Virus record (IMG/VR): IMGVR_UViG_3300045918_000146
Coordinates: 15,030-79,029 of that record
Origin: a virus
Length of the DNA stretch: 64,000 nt
Strand: one strand, 5' to 3'
The translations under genes and the position numbers were made by a program. Position 1 is the first letter of the stretch; the number at the start of each line of letters is the position of its first letter. Of this stretch, positions 20,097 to 30,355 are shown in pieces. The notes below the pieces were generated by a model. The model was given only the letters and a program-made list of their open reading frames with translations. It did no database searches and had not been told where the DNA came from.

Positions 20097-20702
20097 ATGA
20101 TAAGTTATCGAAAAATTTACGAACATCATTTCGGTCATATACCAAAAGAAGCAAACGGAAGAACGTATGAAATACATCATATAGATGGTAATCATTATAA
20201 TGATCTACCTGAGAATTTAATAGCAATGACTATTCAAGAACATTATAACATACATTATGCTCAAGAAGATTGGGCAGCATGTCTTGCCATTTTAATGAGA
20301 ATGGATAAAACACCTGAAGAAATATCAAAAGAGTGTAGTGTTTTATCCAGCAAAAATGCACAAAAAAGAGTTGAAAATGGAACGCATAACTTTTTAAGAG
20401 ACAAAAATCCTAACAGTAGACGTCTTGCAGACGGAACAAGTTATGCTTTTGACAGAGTTAAGAATGGCACTCTTCCTTCGTTACGTAGGGCCGACGGTAC
20501 AAGTTTAACACAAGAACAAGTCGCTAAGGGGATTCATAACTTTCTTGGCGGAGCGTACCAATTAGCTCAATTAGAATCTGGAACACACACAACTCAAATA
20601 ATAAAAACTTGCCCATACCGTAATAGAGAATTTAATGCGCCAATATACGGTCATTTGCACGGCGAAAAATGTAAACTAAAAGGATTAAATAATGGTAAAT
20701 AA
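20097..20702 (+). CDS. HNH homing endonuclease
   Basis: YRKIYE...YEIHHIDGNHYND..ENL..EH; repeated GTHNF-type C-terminal motifs. Confidence 0.85.
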   Translation: MISYRKIYEHHFGHIPKEANGRTYEIHHIDGNHYNDLPENLIAMTIQEHYNIHYAQEDWAACLAILMRMDKTPEEISKECSVLSSKNAQKRVENGTHNFLRDKNPNSRRLADGTSYAFDRVKNGTLPSLRRADGTSLTQEQVAKGIHNFLGGAYQLAQLESGTHTTQIIKTCPYRNREFNAPIYGHLHGEKCKLKGLNNGK

Positions 20703-22326
20703 GAATATTGCACAAGTTGATTTAACAGCAAGACAAGAAAGGCCAGACGGGCTACCAAACACTGCGATTTATCTGCCAGCTTTGAGCTCATTTTTTTCAT
20801 CCACGTTAGCAAAATATACTGATGCTATAAATGCAGATCCAAAAAGGATGCCTATCGCTTTTAATAATGGGTACGAAGGTCTAAATTGGTTAGATAAATC
20901 TCAAGGCTATTTCCATTATAAATGGTTACTTTACAGCGCGGGACATGCCAACATTGATATAACCGAAATAAGCCCAAAAGAAAGTATGATCAGAGATCGT
21001 GATAGACAGCATAGCTTTGTTTTGGGCGATAGTGGGGGATTCCAAATAGGTAAAGGAGTATGGGAAGGTAAATGGAAAGATCCATCTTGCCCTAAAGCAT
21101 TATCTAAACGCCAACAAGTATTATCTTGGTTTGACAAATATATGGATTATGGTATGTGTTTAGATATTCCTGTATGGGCGTGTAACGTACCAGGAGTACC
21201 TGAAAAAATTGGAATTTATTCATATCAAGATGCAGTAGATGCAACTATTATTAACAATGACTATTTTATACAGCATAGGACCGGAGAATGTAAATTACTT
21301 AATGTTATGCAAGGTGAAAGTTTAGATGAAGCCAATGCATGGTATGATACCTTTAAAAAGTACTGTGACCCAATACAATACCCAGAAAAACATTTTAATG
21401 GGTGGGCAATGGGTGGGCAAACTGTAACTGATCCCGAACTAATGTTAACTAGGTTAGTTAACATCGTATATGACGGATTATTACAACAAGGAAAACATAA
21501 TTGGATACACTTTTTGGGTTTAGGTAAATTACCCTGGGCATGTTTTTTAACTGATGTCCAAAATTCATTACGTAAGTACCATAATCCAGATGTTACTATT
21601 AGTTTCGACTCAGCTTCGCCATTCTTAATGGTAGCTAACGGCGGAATTTACATTAACATGGTTACACATGATAGAGGTAAATGGTCAACTATTATGGATA
21701 GATCTATTGATGATCGTAAATTTTCGTCAGATACTAGACTCTTCAGCGAAGTATTAAAGGAAGAGAAAAAATATAAGCAATTTGATGAATCTCCAATTAG
21801 TTTAAGATGTAAGTGTAACGACATCTGTTACTATAAACCAGGAGATGTTAATAAGTTAGGAAAAGTAGGACGAACTAGTTGGGATATGATTAGTTATGCA
21901 GTACAAATGTGTCATAATGTATTTGCACATGTTGACTCTGTACAACGTGCTATCGTAAAATATTTAACCGAAGATATTTACCCATCTCAACTAATGCATG
22001 AAAAATTTCATTCTAAGGAAATGGTATTTAGAGATGTAGTTGATACTATATTTGCGTGTAAAACTAAAGCTGAAGCAATGGCTATTGTTAAACATAATCA
22101 ACCATATTGGATGAAATTGAGTGGTAGCAGAGGGTTTAGGGGTAAAAGGACAATCAACGCCACTACTAAATTTAAAACATTATTTGAAGTAATAGATGAA
22201 TCGCCAAAAGTAAAATCATTATCCTCTGCTGAGGAGTTTGACAATATTGGAGAAGAATCTGATTATAATGGTGTTTTTGATCAGAATTTGGACAAACTAG
22301 AGCATGACTTATTTGAAGAAATGTAG
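20692..22326 (+). CDS. TGT-fold transglycosylase, likely DpdA-type 7-deazaguanine DNA insertase
   Basis: GDSGGFQI, LDIP, LNVMQG, GWAMGG, IHFLG, SFDSASP; neighbours encode preQ0 synthesis. Confidence 0.75.
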   Translation: MVNKNIAQVDLTARQERPDGLPNTAIYLPALSSFFSSTLAKYTDAINADPKRMPIAFNNGYEGLNWLDKSQGYFHYKWLLYSAGHANIDITEISPKESMIRDRDRQHSFVLGDSGGFQIGKGVWEGKWKDPSCPKALSKRQQVLSWFDKYMDYGMCLDIPVWACNVPGVPEKIGIYSYQDAVDATIINNDYFIQHRTGECKLLNVMQGESLDEANAWYDTFKKYCDPIQYPEKHFNGWAMGGQTVTDPELMLTRLVNIVYDGLLQQGKHNWIHFLGLGKLPWACFLTDVQNSLRKYHNPDVTISFDSASPFLMVANGGIYINMVTHDRGKWSTIMDRSIDDRKFSSDTRLFSEVLKEEKKYKQFDESPISLRCKCNDICYYKPGDVNKLGKVGRTSWDMISYAVQMCHNVFAHVDSVQRAIVKYLTEDIYPSQLMHEKFHSKEMVFRDVVDTIFACKTKAEAMAIVKHNQPYWMKLSGSRGFRGKRTINATTKFKTLFEVIDESPKVKSLSSAEEFDNIGEESDYNGVFDQNLDKLEHDLFEEM

Positions 22327-22361
22327 TACAATAATTTAATAACTTTTAAAGGATTAACGTA

Positions 22362-22979
22362 ATGGCAAAACGATTTGAAACAACCATGTTTGGACTCCCT
22401 ATTATTATGCGCCACGATTATGAGGATAAGGTTCTCCAAGAAAAACTTAAAGAATATCAAGGAAAGTCTTATAACGCATTTACACATTTCTTAACCAATG
22501 TACCAAATTTTAAATATGATAGTTTTTTGGATGTGGGTTGCGGAGACGACTGGGTTGTTAATATGGCAAAAAACGAGTTTAAGGTGTCAAAAGGTATTGA
22601 CCTTTTTATCGAAGATAACGAATATGACAACGTAGTGAAGTCGGATTGGAACACTATGTCAAAGGACGTATTCAACAGCAATAGGTTTAATGCTATTTTT
22701 ATTAATCATAGCATGGAACATGCTGCTAATGTATATCAATTAATGGAGCAAGTAACTTCATTACAGAAGAAGGGCGATAGCTTATTTGTTGCAGTACCTG
22801 ATGGTAATACACCATTTGGCTATGCTATTACTAGCTCAACGACACATTTTTCGTGTATTACTGAAGGTTACTTACGCACTACATTGCAACGTTTTGGGTA
22901 TATGGTAGAAGTAGAGGTTAAAGAGCTACGCCCAGGTGCTCGAGAACTTTGGAGTTATGCGATTAAGATGACAGATTAA
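22362..22979 (+). CDS. Class I SAM-dependent methyltransferase
   Basis: FLDVGCG, GID, NHSMEH, LFVAVP. Confidence 0.8.
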   Translation: MAKRFETTMFGLPIIMRHDYEDKVLQEKLKEYQGKSYNAFTHFLTNVPNFKYDSFLDVGCGDDWVVNMAKNEFKVSKGIDLFIEDNEYDNVVKSDWNTMSKDVFNSNRFNAIFINHSMEHAANVYQLMEQVTSLQKKGDSLFVAVPDGNTPFGYAITSSTTHFSCITEGYLRTTLQRFGYMVEVEVKELRPGARELWSYAIKMTD

Positions 22980-23048
22980 TAACCAATTATCTTGTAATTT
23001 AATACTATAAACTTGTAATATTAACTATATAACTAATTGGAGTAACGA

Positions 23049-23798
23049 ATGAGCAACACCACAGTATCTCTTATGTTTTCTGGAGGTTTGGATTCTTTAA
23101 TTTCTTATCATTTTGCGTTAAAAACTGGACATATACCGCAAGCAATACACGTAGATTTAGGGCATCCGTATTCAAGTTTTGAAAATGAAGCTATTAAGGT
23201 AGCAGAAGAGAAATTTAAAATAGATGTCACACGTATTGATATGAAGTCGCTGTATCCTGCTATTGAAAAAAGGTTATCTAATCAAATAATTCCGAGTCGT
23301 AACGTATTACTTGCTACTATAGGATCTATGTTTAATTCTACAGTATGGATTAATGCTCTCGACGGCGAAGCCAATGGTAAGGAGCATGATAAATCTTATC
23401 GTTTTTTTGCAGATAGTTCAGAACTACTTAGCTTTACTAATTCGTTTTTTCAAGATCATACTAATGTAACAAGTCCATTCTTACATCTATCTAAAGCAGA
23501 AACGATTAAGTGGGCTTTAGAAAATAGTTTATCTAAAGAAGATTTATTTAATACCGTAACTTGTTATTCAGGAACACATAAGAAATGTGGACGTTGTCTT
23601 ACTTGCGTAAAACGGTATATGGCATTTAAATTAAATGGTGTTGAAGAACCAGGTTATGATTTTAACCCTTTAGAATCTCCGTATGCAGAAGAACTTGCTA
23701 TAGAAATGCAAAAAGCAATTGATAATAATGACCATAGTAGGTTTAATCAAAAACGTATTGCTGAATGGTTAATGTTAAAAAATAACCAAGTATATTAG
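23049..23798 (+). CDS. queC: 7-cyano-7-deazaguanine synthase
   Basis: MFSGGLDS PP-loop, IPSRN, SKAETI, TCY..CGRCLTC..R. Confidence 0.85.
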   Translation: MSNTTVSLMFSGGLDSLISYHFALKTGHIPQAIHVDLGHPYSSFENEAIKVAEEKFKIDVTRIDMKSLYPAIEKRLSNQIIPSRNVLLATIGSMFNSTVWINALDGEANGKEHDKSYRFFADSSELLSFTNSFFQDHTNVTSPFLHLSKAETIKWALENSLSKEDLFNTVTCYSGTHKKCGRCLTCVKRYMAFKLNGVEEPGYDFNPLESPYAEELAIEMQKAIDNNDHSRFNQKRIAEWLMLKNNQVY

Positions 23799-23799
23799 T

Positions 23800-24018
23800 A
23801 TGGAAAAAGTATTATACATTACTATTCCTTTAGATATTTCACATGCAAATTCAGAAATAATACTTAAATTTACAAAAGAGATAAACGAAGAATATTGGAT
23901 ATGTAAAGCAACCGACGAATGTATAACTGATATGAATAGGTTATTAACTTTTGAAAAACAAAAAAGAGAGATAGAGTTTAATATTAAGAGTGGTCAAAGT
24001 AAAAATAAGTTCATTTAA
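23800..24018 (+). CDS. Hypothetical protein
   Basis: ORF track, operonic spacing. Confidence 0.45.
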   Translation: MEKVLYITIPLDISHANSEIILKFTKEINEEYWICKATDECITDMNRLLTFEKQKREIEFNIKSGQSKNKFI

Positions 24019-24054
24019 CGTGTAATAATTTAACCAAGTAATAGGAGAGTAACA

Positions 24055-24288
24055 ATGAATGACAAAACAGTGCATCGTGCAAAAGTAGCAAGTTATAATG
24101 TGAAGTACTTACGGATGAAACCAGAAGTAAATCAAATTTTTAACGATCTTGAGGAATTTAGAGATTTTGTGCGTATGCAATACCCACAAATTGCATTTAA
24201 CGAAGCAGACTTGTATCGAAATTCAAGTCCGGTTTGGCAGAAGTTTATCCGTCGGAAAAATAAACCAGCTCATCTACTTAGAAAGTAA
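24055..24288 (+). CDS. Conserved-type hypothetical protein
   Basis: AGGAG RBS; MKPEV..IF.DLE.F..F...FNEADLY. Confidence 0.6.
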   Translation: MNDKTVHRAKVASYNVKYLRMKPEVNQIFNDLEEFRDFVRMQYPQIAFNEADLYRNSSPVWQKFIRRKNKPAHLLRK

Positions 24289-24290
24289 GT

Positions 24291-24746
24291 ATGGCAGGAA
24301 CGTATGCTAAAGTTATACCTGATGTAGCAACTACTCATCGAATAGCTGCTATATTAGATCTATTTAATATAGAAAATGCCGCAGCTCCATGCGATCTACA
24401 TGTTACCGTTGTCTATAGTAAACAGGAATGTGCATCAGTTAAAGATATTAGTGTGCCAACACCAATAAAAGCATCTGGTGCATCTCTTCAATTATTTCCA
24501 AATGCTGATGGATCAAAATGTTTAGTGGTGGAATTAGATAGTCCTGCATTGCAGGAATTACATTGGTTATGTAGAAATGAACATAATGCATCGCACGATT
24601 ATCCAACTTATAGGCCACATATTACACTAAGTTATGACTATTCTGGCGAAATAATACCAAATAGTTCTTTACTTGGACACTTTCATACATTATACTTTAA
24701 TCAATATGTAGTAGAACCATTAAATGTAGACTGGGAATCATATTGA
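24291..24746 (+). CDS. acb1: 2H phosphoesterase, anti-CBASS Acb1 (T4 gp57B-like)
   Basis: LHVTVVYS and HDY..YRPHITLSY (two HxT motifs), LVVELDS, EPLNVDW tail as in T4 gp57B. Confidence 0.85.
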   Translation: MAGTYAKVIPDVATTHRIAAILDLFNIENAAAPCDLHVTVVYSKQECASVKDISVPTPIKASGASLQLFPNADGSKCLVVELDSPALQELHWLCRNEHNASHDYPTYRPHITLSYDYSGEIIPNSSLLGHFHTLYFNQYVVEPLNVDWESY

Positions 24747-24823
24747 AGTTATGCGAGGTTCGCCTGTGATGGAGAGAATGACCAACCAAGTGTTTAAGAA
24801 TAATTTTTATACTAAGGAATAAC

Positions 24824-25513
24824 ATGTTAATATCAGATCAAATTAAAAATAGGATTATAGAAGCAGGTGCAGACTTCCATGCTAACAATAACATATCTGC
24901 TTATATTAAAGATGGAGAACTTGATCAACTAAAGCACGAACTAACTGAAAAATTTCAAGCGGTATTAAAAAGTTTGGTTATTGATGTCGAAAATGACCCT
25001 AATTCCAAAGGAACAGCAAAGCGTCTTGCTAAAATGTATGTTGATGAAATTATGTCAGGACGTTATAATGCCCCGCCAAAAGTTACATCATTTCCAAATA
25101 CCGAAAAACTCAAATATGAAGGTATGCTTGTAGTTAGGTCAGAAATAAAATCAATGTGCAGTCATCACCATCAACCAGTAACTGGGATTGCTTATATTGG
25201 AATTATCGCAGCTCATAAGTTAATTGGACTTTCAAAATACACACGACTAGCACAATGGTGTGCAAGACGCGGAACATTACAAGAAGAATTGTGTAATGAT
25301 ATTGCAGATGAGATTGCTAAAGCAACAGGAAGCGAAAATGTTGGGGTATATTTACAACTTCAGCATGGGTGTTGCTCCAATAGAGGAATTATGGCACACG
25401 ATAGTACGACTCAAACAACAGTATTGCGCGGAGATTTTTTTAATAGACCAGAGACACGAAAAGAGTTCTTTGATAATATTCATTTACAAGCAATACATAA
25501 CAACAAATATTAA
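24824..25513 (+). CDS. folE: GTP cyclohydrolase I
   Basis: TAKRLAKMY, SMCSHH, GLSKY.R, LQE, HGC..RG. Confidence 0.95.
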   Translation: MLISDQIKNRIIEAGADFHANNNISAYIKDGELDQLKHELTEKFQAVLKSLVIDVENDPNSKGTAKRLAKMYVDEIMSGRYNAPPKVTSFPNTEKLKYEGMLVVRSEIKSMCSHHHQPVTGIAYIGIIAAHKLIGLSKYTRLAQWCARRGTLQEELCNDIADEIAKATGSENVGVYLQLQHGCCSNRGIMAHDSTTQTTVLRGDFFNRPETRKEFFDNIHLQAIHNNKY

Positions 25514-25521
25514 GGAGCATA

Positions 25522-26805
25522 ATGTTTATTAAGTTACGAAAGAAATTTATTAATTGGTTACGTATATCAGATGAATATAACGAGGAAGGATATCGTTATA
25601 ATATTCGTTCACTTGATGAAGACACTATAAAGAAAGTATCTAAATATAATGTCAAAGTTAAAACTAGATCATCGACTCATGGTATGGTTAGTAAGACACA
25701 GTCTGACACAGATCAAGTAAACATAGACTCACGAGGCATTACTTTTTCAGTGTATCCTGGAATAGGAGGCATTGCAGTTGAATCTAAGACATATAACACA
25801 CATAGTGATGAATGGGAAACTTCTTTGCATATAGTACCCGACGGTGCAGAATTAAGTGATACACTAGCACATATTATTACTATGCAAGCTTTAAGACACA
25901 AATGAGTTGTTACACTGTAACTATGTTTGAATCGATAAAGTTTGATCAAGGCACCGTATTTTGGTTAATTAACTCTGGTGCAAAGTTTGATGTAGACAAA
26001 GGTAAACTAGAATCTATACCAATATGTACAGGATATGCAACTACCTACGTTTGCGGGAAAGTAAATCCAACCCGCGTAACTATATACGATGAACAAGTTT
26101 CTCTATTATTCCGTTTGAAATATACAGAAGCAATAGTAACAGCTATTCACATTTTTGACGAAAAGATATGTTATGACCTTTGAAGAGTTCGAGAAAATAG
26201 TAACAATATGTTATGCCTGTAGTGTAGAGGTTGAGATGAGAAGAAAAAAACGTGTATTGGTAGAAAAACCAATAACAGCAGAACAGGCTTTGCATCTTAT
26301 TGCTGCAGAGTTTGGTTTTGAACTCGTACCCGTTCCAACAGAGGCAGACAAATAATGCACCATCATAGTCTACATAACATACCAAAGGACGGCGAATGGC
26401 ATCATTTTGTTACAACTGTTAATACCACATTTGTACGTTGGGATCTAAAATTATCATCTTGGATTGTTAAAGAAGTGGATGAGGATAGCAAATTACCATT
26501 AATAGCTCAATACTTAGATAAGGAAATATATGCCAAAAAGTAAACTAATAGATAATAGTATTGACGACGACGATGATAAAAATGAAGATTCAACACCAAA
26601 GAAAGTTATTTTTGCACCCAATTGTTTTGATGAGTTTGAAGGAACGCAGGAAGAATTAGATAGTTTAATAGCTCATATTACTCAATTAGCAGAAAGCGGG
26701 GAATTAGAAGCTAATTTAGATGAAGTATCAGATGATGTTATAAACGATTTACGTGAGCTCATAGACCAAAAGTCTTCACTTGATAATAAACGTACAGTAC
26801 ATTAA
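25522..26805 (+). CDS. Run of five small hypothetical ORFs (25522-25905, 25902-26183, 26173-26355, 26355-26543, 26530-26805)
   Basis: Abutting or overlapping start-stop junctions. Confidence 0.55.
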
Positions 26806-26820
26806 GAAAGGAACACAAGC

Positions 26821-27333
26821 ATGAATGTTAAAAAAGAATATATTTCATTTGATGAAGTAAAAGGTTACTGCCTTGATATCGCAGTACAAATGATTGAGGA
26901 CAACTGGAAACCAGAACTCATTATTGGTATAACTAGAGGGGGAGCATTACCGGCTGTTTTACTTAGTCAGTTTTTTAAGTGTAAAATGATAGGACTCGAT
27001 GTTTGTTTAAGAGATAATGCAGACTTTGATATGGGTCCTGAATCAAATTGCTGGGCAGCAGAATTAGCTATGGATAGCAAGAAAATACTTATCGTCGACG
27101 ACATAAACGATACTGGGGCAACTATTAATTGGATTATCAACGACTGGGATTACGATAAATCGTATAATGCCATGTGGGGAGACAATGTTCGTTTTTCTAC
27201 TATTGTACAAAACGAGAGTAGTAAAGCAATGGTTACTCCGCAATATTACGGGTACGAGGTTAATAAAGCAGAAAATGATGTTTGGATTGAATTTCCTTGG
27301 GAAAATTGGTGGAGAGTAGATCAAAAAGTATGA
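26821..27333 (+). CDS. Purine (xanthine-guanine type) phosphoribosyltransferase
   Basis: IGITRGG, ILIVDDINDTGAT PRPP-binding motif, WIEFPWE. Confidence 0.9.
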   Translation: MNVKKEYISFDEVKGYCLDIAVQMIEDNWKPELIIGITRGGALPAVLLSQFFKCKMIGLDVCLRDNADFDMGPESNCWAAELAMDSKKILIVDDINDTGATINWIINDWDYDKSYNAMWGDNVRFSTIVQNESSKAMVTPQYYGYEVNKAENDVWIEFPWENWWRVDQKV

Positions 27334-27524
27334 TTTCCGCAGATTATTATGCTAAACGGCTAATGTGTGCAGTAAATAAAACATTAACACCCACAAAACA
27401 AGAACAAATGTGGTTAGTGTTAAATGGAAAATGCCCGCATAATAAAGGTTGGAAGTATGAAGGTCATAGCCATAACGACGATGCATATAGATGTAATAGA
27501 TGTGGCGAAATAGAATGGTATTAA
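27330..27524 (+). CDS. Small Zn-ribbon protein
   Basis: CPH...CNRCG. Confidence 0.5.
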   Translation: MISADYYAKRLMCAVNKTLTPTKQEQMWLVLNGKCPHNKGWKYEGHSHNDDAYRCNRCGEIEWY

Positions 27525-27546
27525 AAGTATATCGAGGAGTTAATAT

Positions 27547-28143
27547 ATGTCAAATAGAATAGTTGTGGGTAAAGAAGTATCTAAATTAACAACAGAACAA
27601 AAAAAAGCAAAAACATTTATACAAAAGGTTATAGGAAGTGCCAAAGAAGAACTCTGTGGCGATGAATATAGTGCAGTATATAAAATGCTTGAATTAATAG
27701 AACCAATAGAAGTATCTAATAATCAACGAAATATAACATCAAAGTACCGTATAGGAGATATTGAATACCATTTATACGATTTATCCGACGGCAGTAAAGA
27801 AATATATAAGATTATCTCAGAAGAAGCTAAAGAAGAACGAGAAGATGAATTACCTAGAACACTAGCTGATGCTATAGAAAACAACTTAGTGCCGTGGACA
27901 GAGTACTTACGTAAAGACTTTCATGTAGCAGTCTTCATAGATAATAAAAAAAATAATAAACTTATCTTTGCACCGCAATATAATACGTATGGTGTATTAC
28001 GTGACTGCTTTAGTGATGCTACTAATATGGGTCAAGCCAAAGTTGAAAGTAAAGAATGGAAGTCATTTAAGATTAAACATGGGGTTACTCCAGGGAAAAA
28101 GAATATTGATTGGCCACATGTTGTATTGACATGGAAAGATTAG
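27547..28143 (+). CDS. Hypothetical protein with degenerate HIT-like C-terminal domain
   Basis: FHVAVF.D..LIFAPQ...IDWPHVVL, but no HxHxH triad. Confidence 0.45.
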   Translation: MSNRIVVGKEVSKLTTEQKKAKTFIQKVIGSAKEELCGDEYSAVYKMLELIEPIEVSNNQRNITSKYRIGDIEYHLYDLSDGSKEIYKIISEEAKEEREDELPRTLADAIENNLVPWTEYLRKDFHVAVFIDNKKNNKLIFAPQYNTYGVLRDCFSDATNMGQAKVESKEWKSFKIKHGVTPGKKNIDWPHVVLTWKD

Positions 28144-28144
28144 T

Positions 28145-28441
28145 ATGATTACACCTTATCAAGATGAAGTTCTAACTATATTAACAGAAGAGTGTGGAGA
28201 AACTATTCAAGAAATATGTAAAATTAAACGTTTTGGTTTATCTAATCATAGTCATCATGTAGAAGGAAAAACTCATTTAGAGTGTCTCACACAGGAATTG
28301 GGAGATCTACTAGCAATGATACAGATGATTAAGGAATCAAATATTGGCATAACAGACGAAGGACTAGCAATATGTAAACAGAAGAAATTAGATAAAGTAG
28401 TTAAATGGATGACGCATAAAAACCAATTAATCCAATTTTAG
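28145..28441 (+). CDS. MazG-like nucleotide pyrophosphohydrolase
   Basis: EECGE...ELGDLL. Confidence 0.75.
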   Translation: MITPYQDEVLTILTEECGETIQEICKIKRFGLSNHSHHVEGKTHLECLTQELGDLLAMIQMIKESNIGITDEGLAICKQKKLDKVVKWMTHKNQLIQF

Positions 28442-28483
28442 ACGAAATACATCGATCAAAGGTACATTACGGTGAAAATAAAG

Positions 28484-28512
28484 TTGCATTGGCCATAGAA
28501 AAACGTTATACT
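28484..28512 (+). promoter_or_regulatory. sigma70-type promoter for denV
   Basis: TTGCAT-17 nt-TATACT. Confidence 0.55.
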
Positions 28513-28544
28513 TAGCACAACAACAGTTAGGTAACTACAAAATT

Positions 28545-28946
28545 ATGACAAGAATAAACGCTGATATAGATCCAACCACATTAAAACGCCCACATTTGTT
28601 AGCAGAGTTGCGTGAAATAACTATGATCCCTGCTTCGTTACGTAGAAGTTTAAGGACAAAAACTATACAAAAAATATTGATTAGTATTCCCGATAAATTC
28701 ACACTAGGAAGTGGGCATGTCCTTTATTTCTATAATAAATTAAAATTTTTACAGAAAAGATTTAATAGATTAGCAGATGAAATGGAACGTAGAGGCTATA
28801 ATCCGGATAGATCTCGCATTGCTGCTTTCGATGGGTTTGATAAAATTTGGTATGGTGTGTGGATCGCAACAGATGAGGATAATGCTATAATTGTAAAACG
28901 TATAGCCGAAAGAATAGCTGCAAAACCTCATCTATATAAAGACTAA
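28545..28946 (+). CDS. denV: Pyrimidine-dimer DNA glycosylase, endonuclease V
   Basis: MTRIN, HLLAELREI, FTLGSGHVLYFYNKL, EMERRGY. Confidence 0.93.
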   Translation: MTRINADIDPTTLKRPHLLAELREITMIPASLRRSLRTKTIQKILISIPDKFTLGSGHVLYFYNKLKFLQKRFNRLADEMERRGYNPDRSRIAAFDGFDKIWYGVWIATDEDNAIIVKRIAERIAAKPHLYKD

Positions 28947-29065
28947 ATAATGATTTCTTCAGAAAACATACATAAGTTCTGTCGGAACTACTATGTTGCG
29001 ACGTTCGATATAGATTATTCAACCTATAAACAAAGCCAAGTCTCATATCAATGAGAAGCGAAGGT

Positions 29066-29224
29066 ATGGATAAGCTTATTAACCAATTAACGACGGTAGA
29101 TCTAGTGCTAGCGAAAAAAGAAAAAGAAAAAGAAAAAGAATTAAGGAACTTATATACTGCGGTGCAAAAAGCGTATGACGAGTATCAATTATTATTAGCA
29201 ATTACAATTAAGGAGAATATATGA
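29066..29224 (+). CDS. Small hypothetical protein with KE tandem repeat
   Basis: MDKLINQ...KKEKEKEKE...AVQKAYDEYQLL; AAAAAG tandem. Confidence 0.45.
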   Translation: MDKLINQLTTVDLVLAKKEKEKEKELRNLYTAVQKAYDEYQLLLAITIKENI

Positions 29225-29772
29225 GTTACAAATGGGTTATTGATAAATCATTTACGTTTGAGGCCGGACACAGAGTTTGGAGCCAACAGCTAAATAATCC
29301 CGAGTTAAGTATTAGTACAGAATGTGCCTGTAAACATTTGCATGGACATTCGTATGTGATTAAGGTATTCTTAGGTGCAAATAGACTTGATGATAGTCAA
29401 ATGGTTACAGATTTCAAAAACTTAAACTTTATGAAAGAATTTTTAGATGACGTATTGGATCATAAATTTATAATTGATGTGAACGACCCACTTTTTAAGA
29501 GGATAACTGGTAAGATAGCACCAAGTAGTATTAAAGACTTTACAAATTTTGGCTCTTTCTTAAGAGGTAGTATAGATGAAGATGGTACTATATGCTTACT
29601 CAATGAAGATCAACTATTAGATAGTTTTGTATTAGTAAATTTTGTACCCACCTCTGAAAATATTTGCAAATACCTGTTTGACTATGCACGCGATATTATT
29701 GGTAATGTAGCTACAGTAACAGCAGTTGAATTATGGGAAACCAAAAAATCGCATTGCAGATACGAAGTGTAA
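29221..29772 (+). CDS. queD: 6-carboxytetrahydropterin synthase
   Basis: FEAGHR, CKHLHGHSY, DF, LDHKF, PTSEN, LWET. Confidence 0.92.
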   Translation: MSYKWVIDKSFTFEAGHRVWSQQLNNPELSISTECACKHLHGHSYVIKVFLGANRLDDSQMVTDFKNLNFMKEFLDDVLDHKFIIDVNDPLFKRITGKIAPSSIKDFTNFGSFLRGSIDEDGTICLLNEDQLLDSFVLVNFVPTSENICKYLFDYARDIIGNVATVTAVELWETKKSHCRYEV

Positions 29773-29814
29773 TTGTGAACAAGTATATTAACACATACGA
29801 AACCTTTTATCGTA

Positions 29815-30111
29815 CTTTCTTAGTGGCGATGATACATTAAGTAATGACGGTGAGCGTTTATGGCAAGGGTTAGTGAACAGAGGAAACACTGTATCTGTAT
29901 TTGATACCATGCAGAACCAATACGTATTAGATTATGTAAAAGATAAACAAGAACTAGAACAGTATTTAGGCAATGCTGATAAAAGAGGTACGTATTTGTA
30001 TTATCAGAAACAGTATTATCGTCTAGAGAAATATTTACAACCTTTGGAATAATGGAAATTAAGCGTAAAGCAAATTGGCCGTTATTTGATCATCTGTTAG
30101 AAAGGAAATAA
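29815..30111 (+). pseudogene. Start-less, apparently frameshifted gene fragment (possibly GNAT-like)
   Basis: SGDDTLSNDGERLWQGL... appears to continue in another frame as VFVLSE...HLLERK*. Confidence 0.4.
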
Positions 30112-30112
30112 A

Positions 30113-30352
30113 ATGTTTGGATTAAGAATAACAATATCTGGACCCGGGCAAACGTTTGATGTTGAAATAGAATACATTAAACGTGTGCTAGAAGAAATGG
30201 GTTGGGAAGTAAGTGTAAAAGATGAATTTAGAAAATCTTTGTCTGATGTAGAATTCGAACACGGAATTTCACTTAGAAAAGACATTAACGTAAATTCAAC
30301 AATAGAGCATCATGCAGAGATTATAGCAGATCATTGCTGCTGGGGAGGATAA
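30113..30352 (+). CDS. Hypothetical protein (degenerate mini P-loop-like)
   Basis: ITISGPG...IKRVLEEMGWEV. Confidence 0.5.
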   Translation: MFGLRITISGPGQTFDVEIEYIKRVLEEMGWEVSVKDEFRKSLSDVEFEHGISLRKDINVNSTIEHHAEIIADHCCWGG

Positions 30353-30355
30353 CTA

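Noticed and set aside
20692-22326. Canonical tRNA-guanine transglycosylase (tgt) for queuosine
   Set aside because: Much longer and divergent, lacks the CxCxxC Zn motif, and there is no queF/queA. The context favours a DNA-acting enzyme, so no gene symbol is given.
24748-24823. preQ1 riboswitch upstream of folE (GAGGTTCG)
   Set aside because: No closing P1 stem and no A-rich tail in the required arrangement; only a tiny GCGA/TCGC hairpin.
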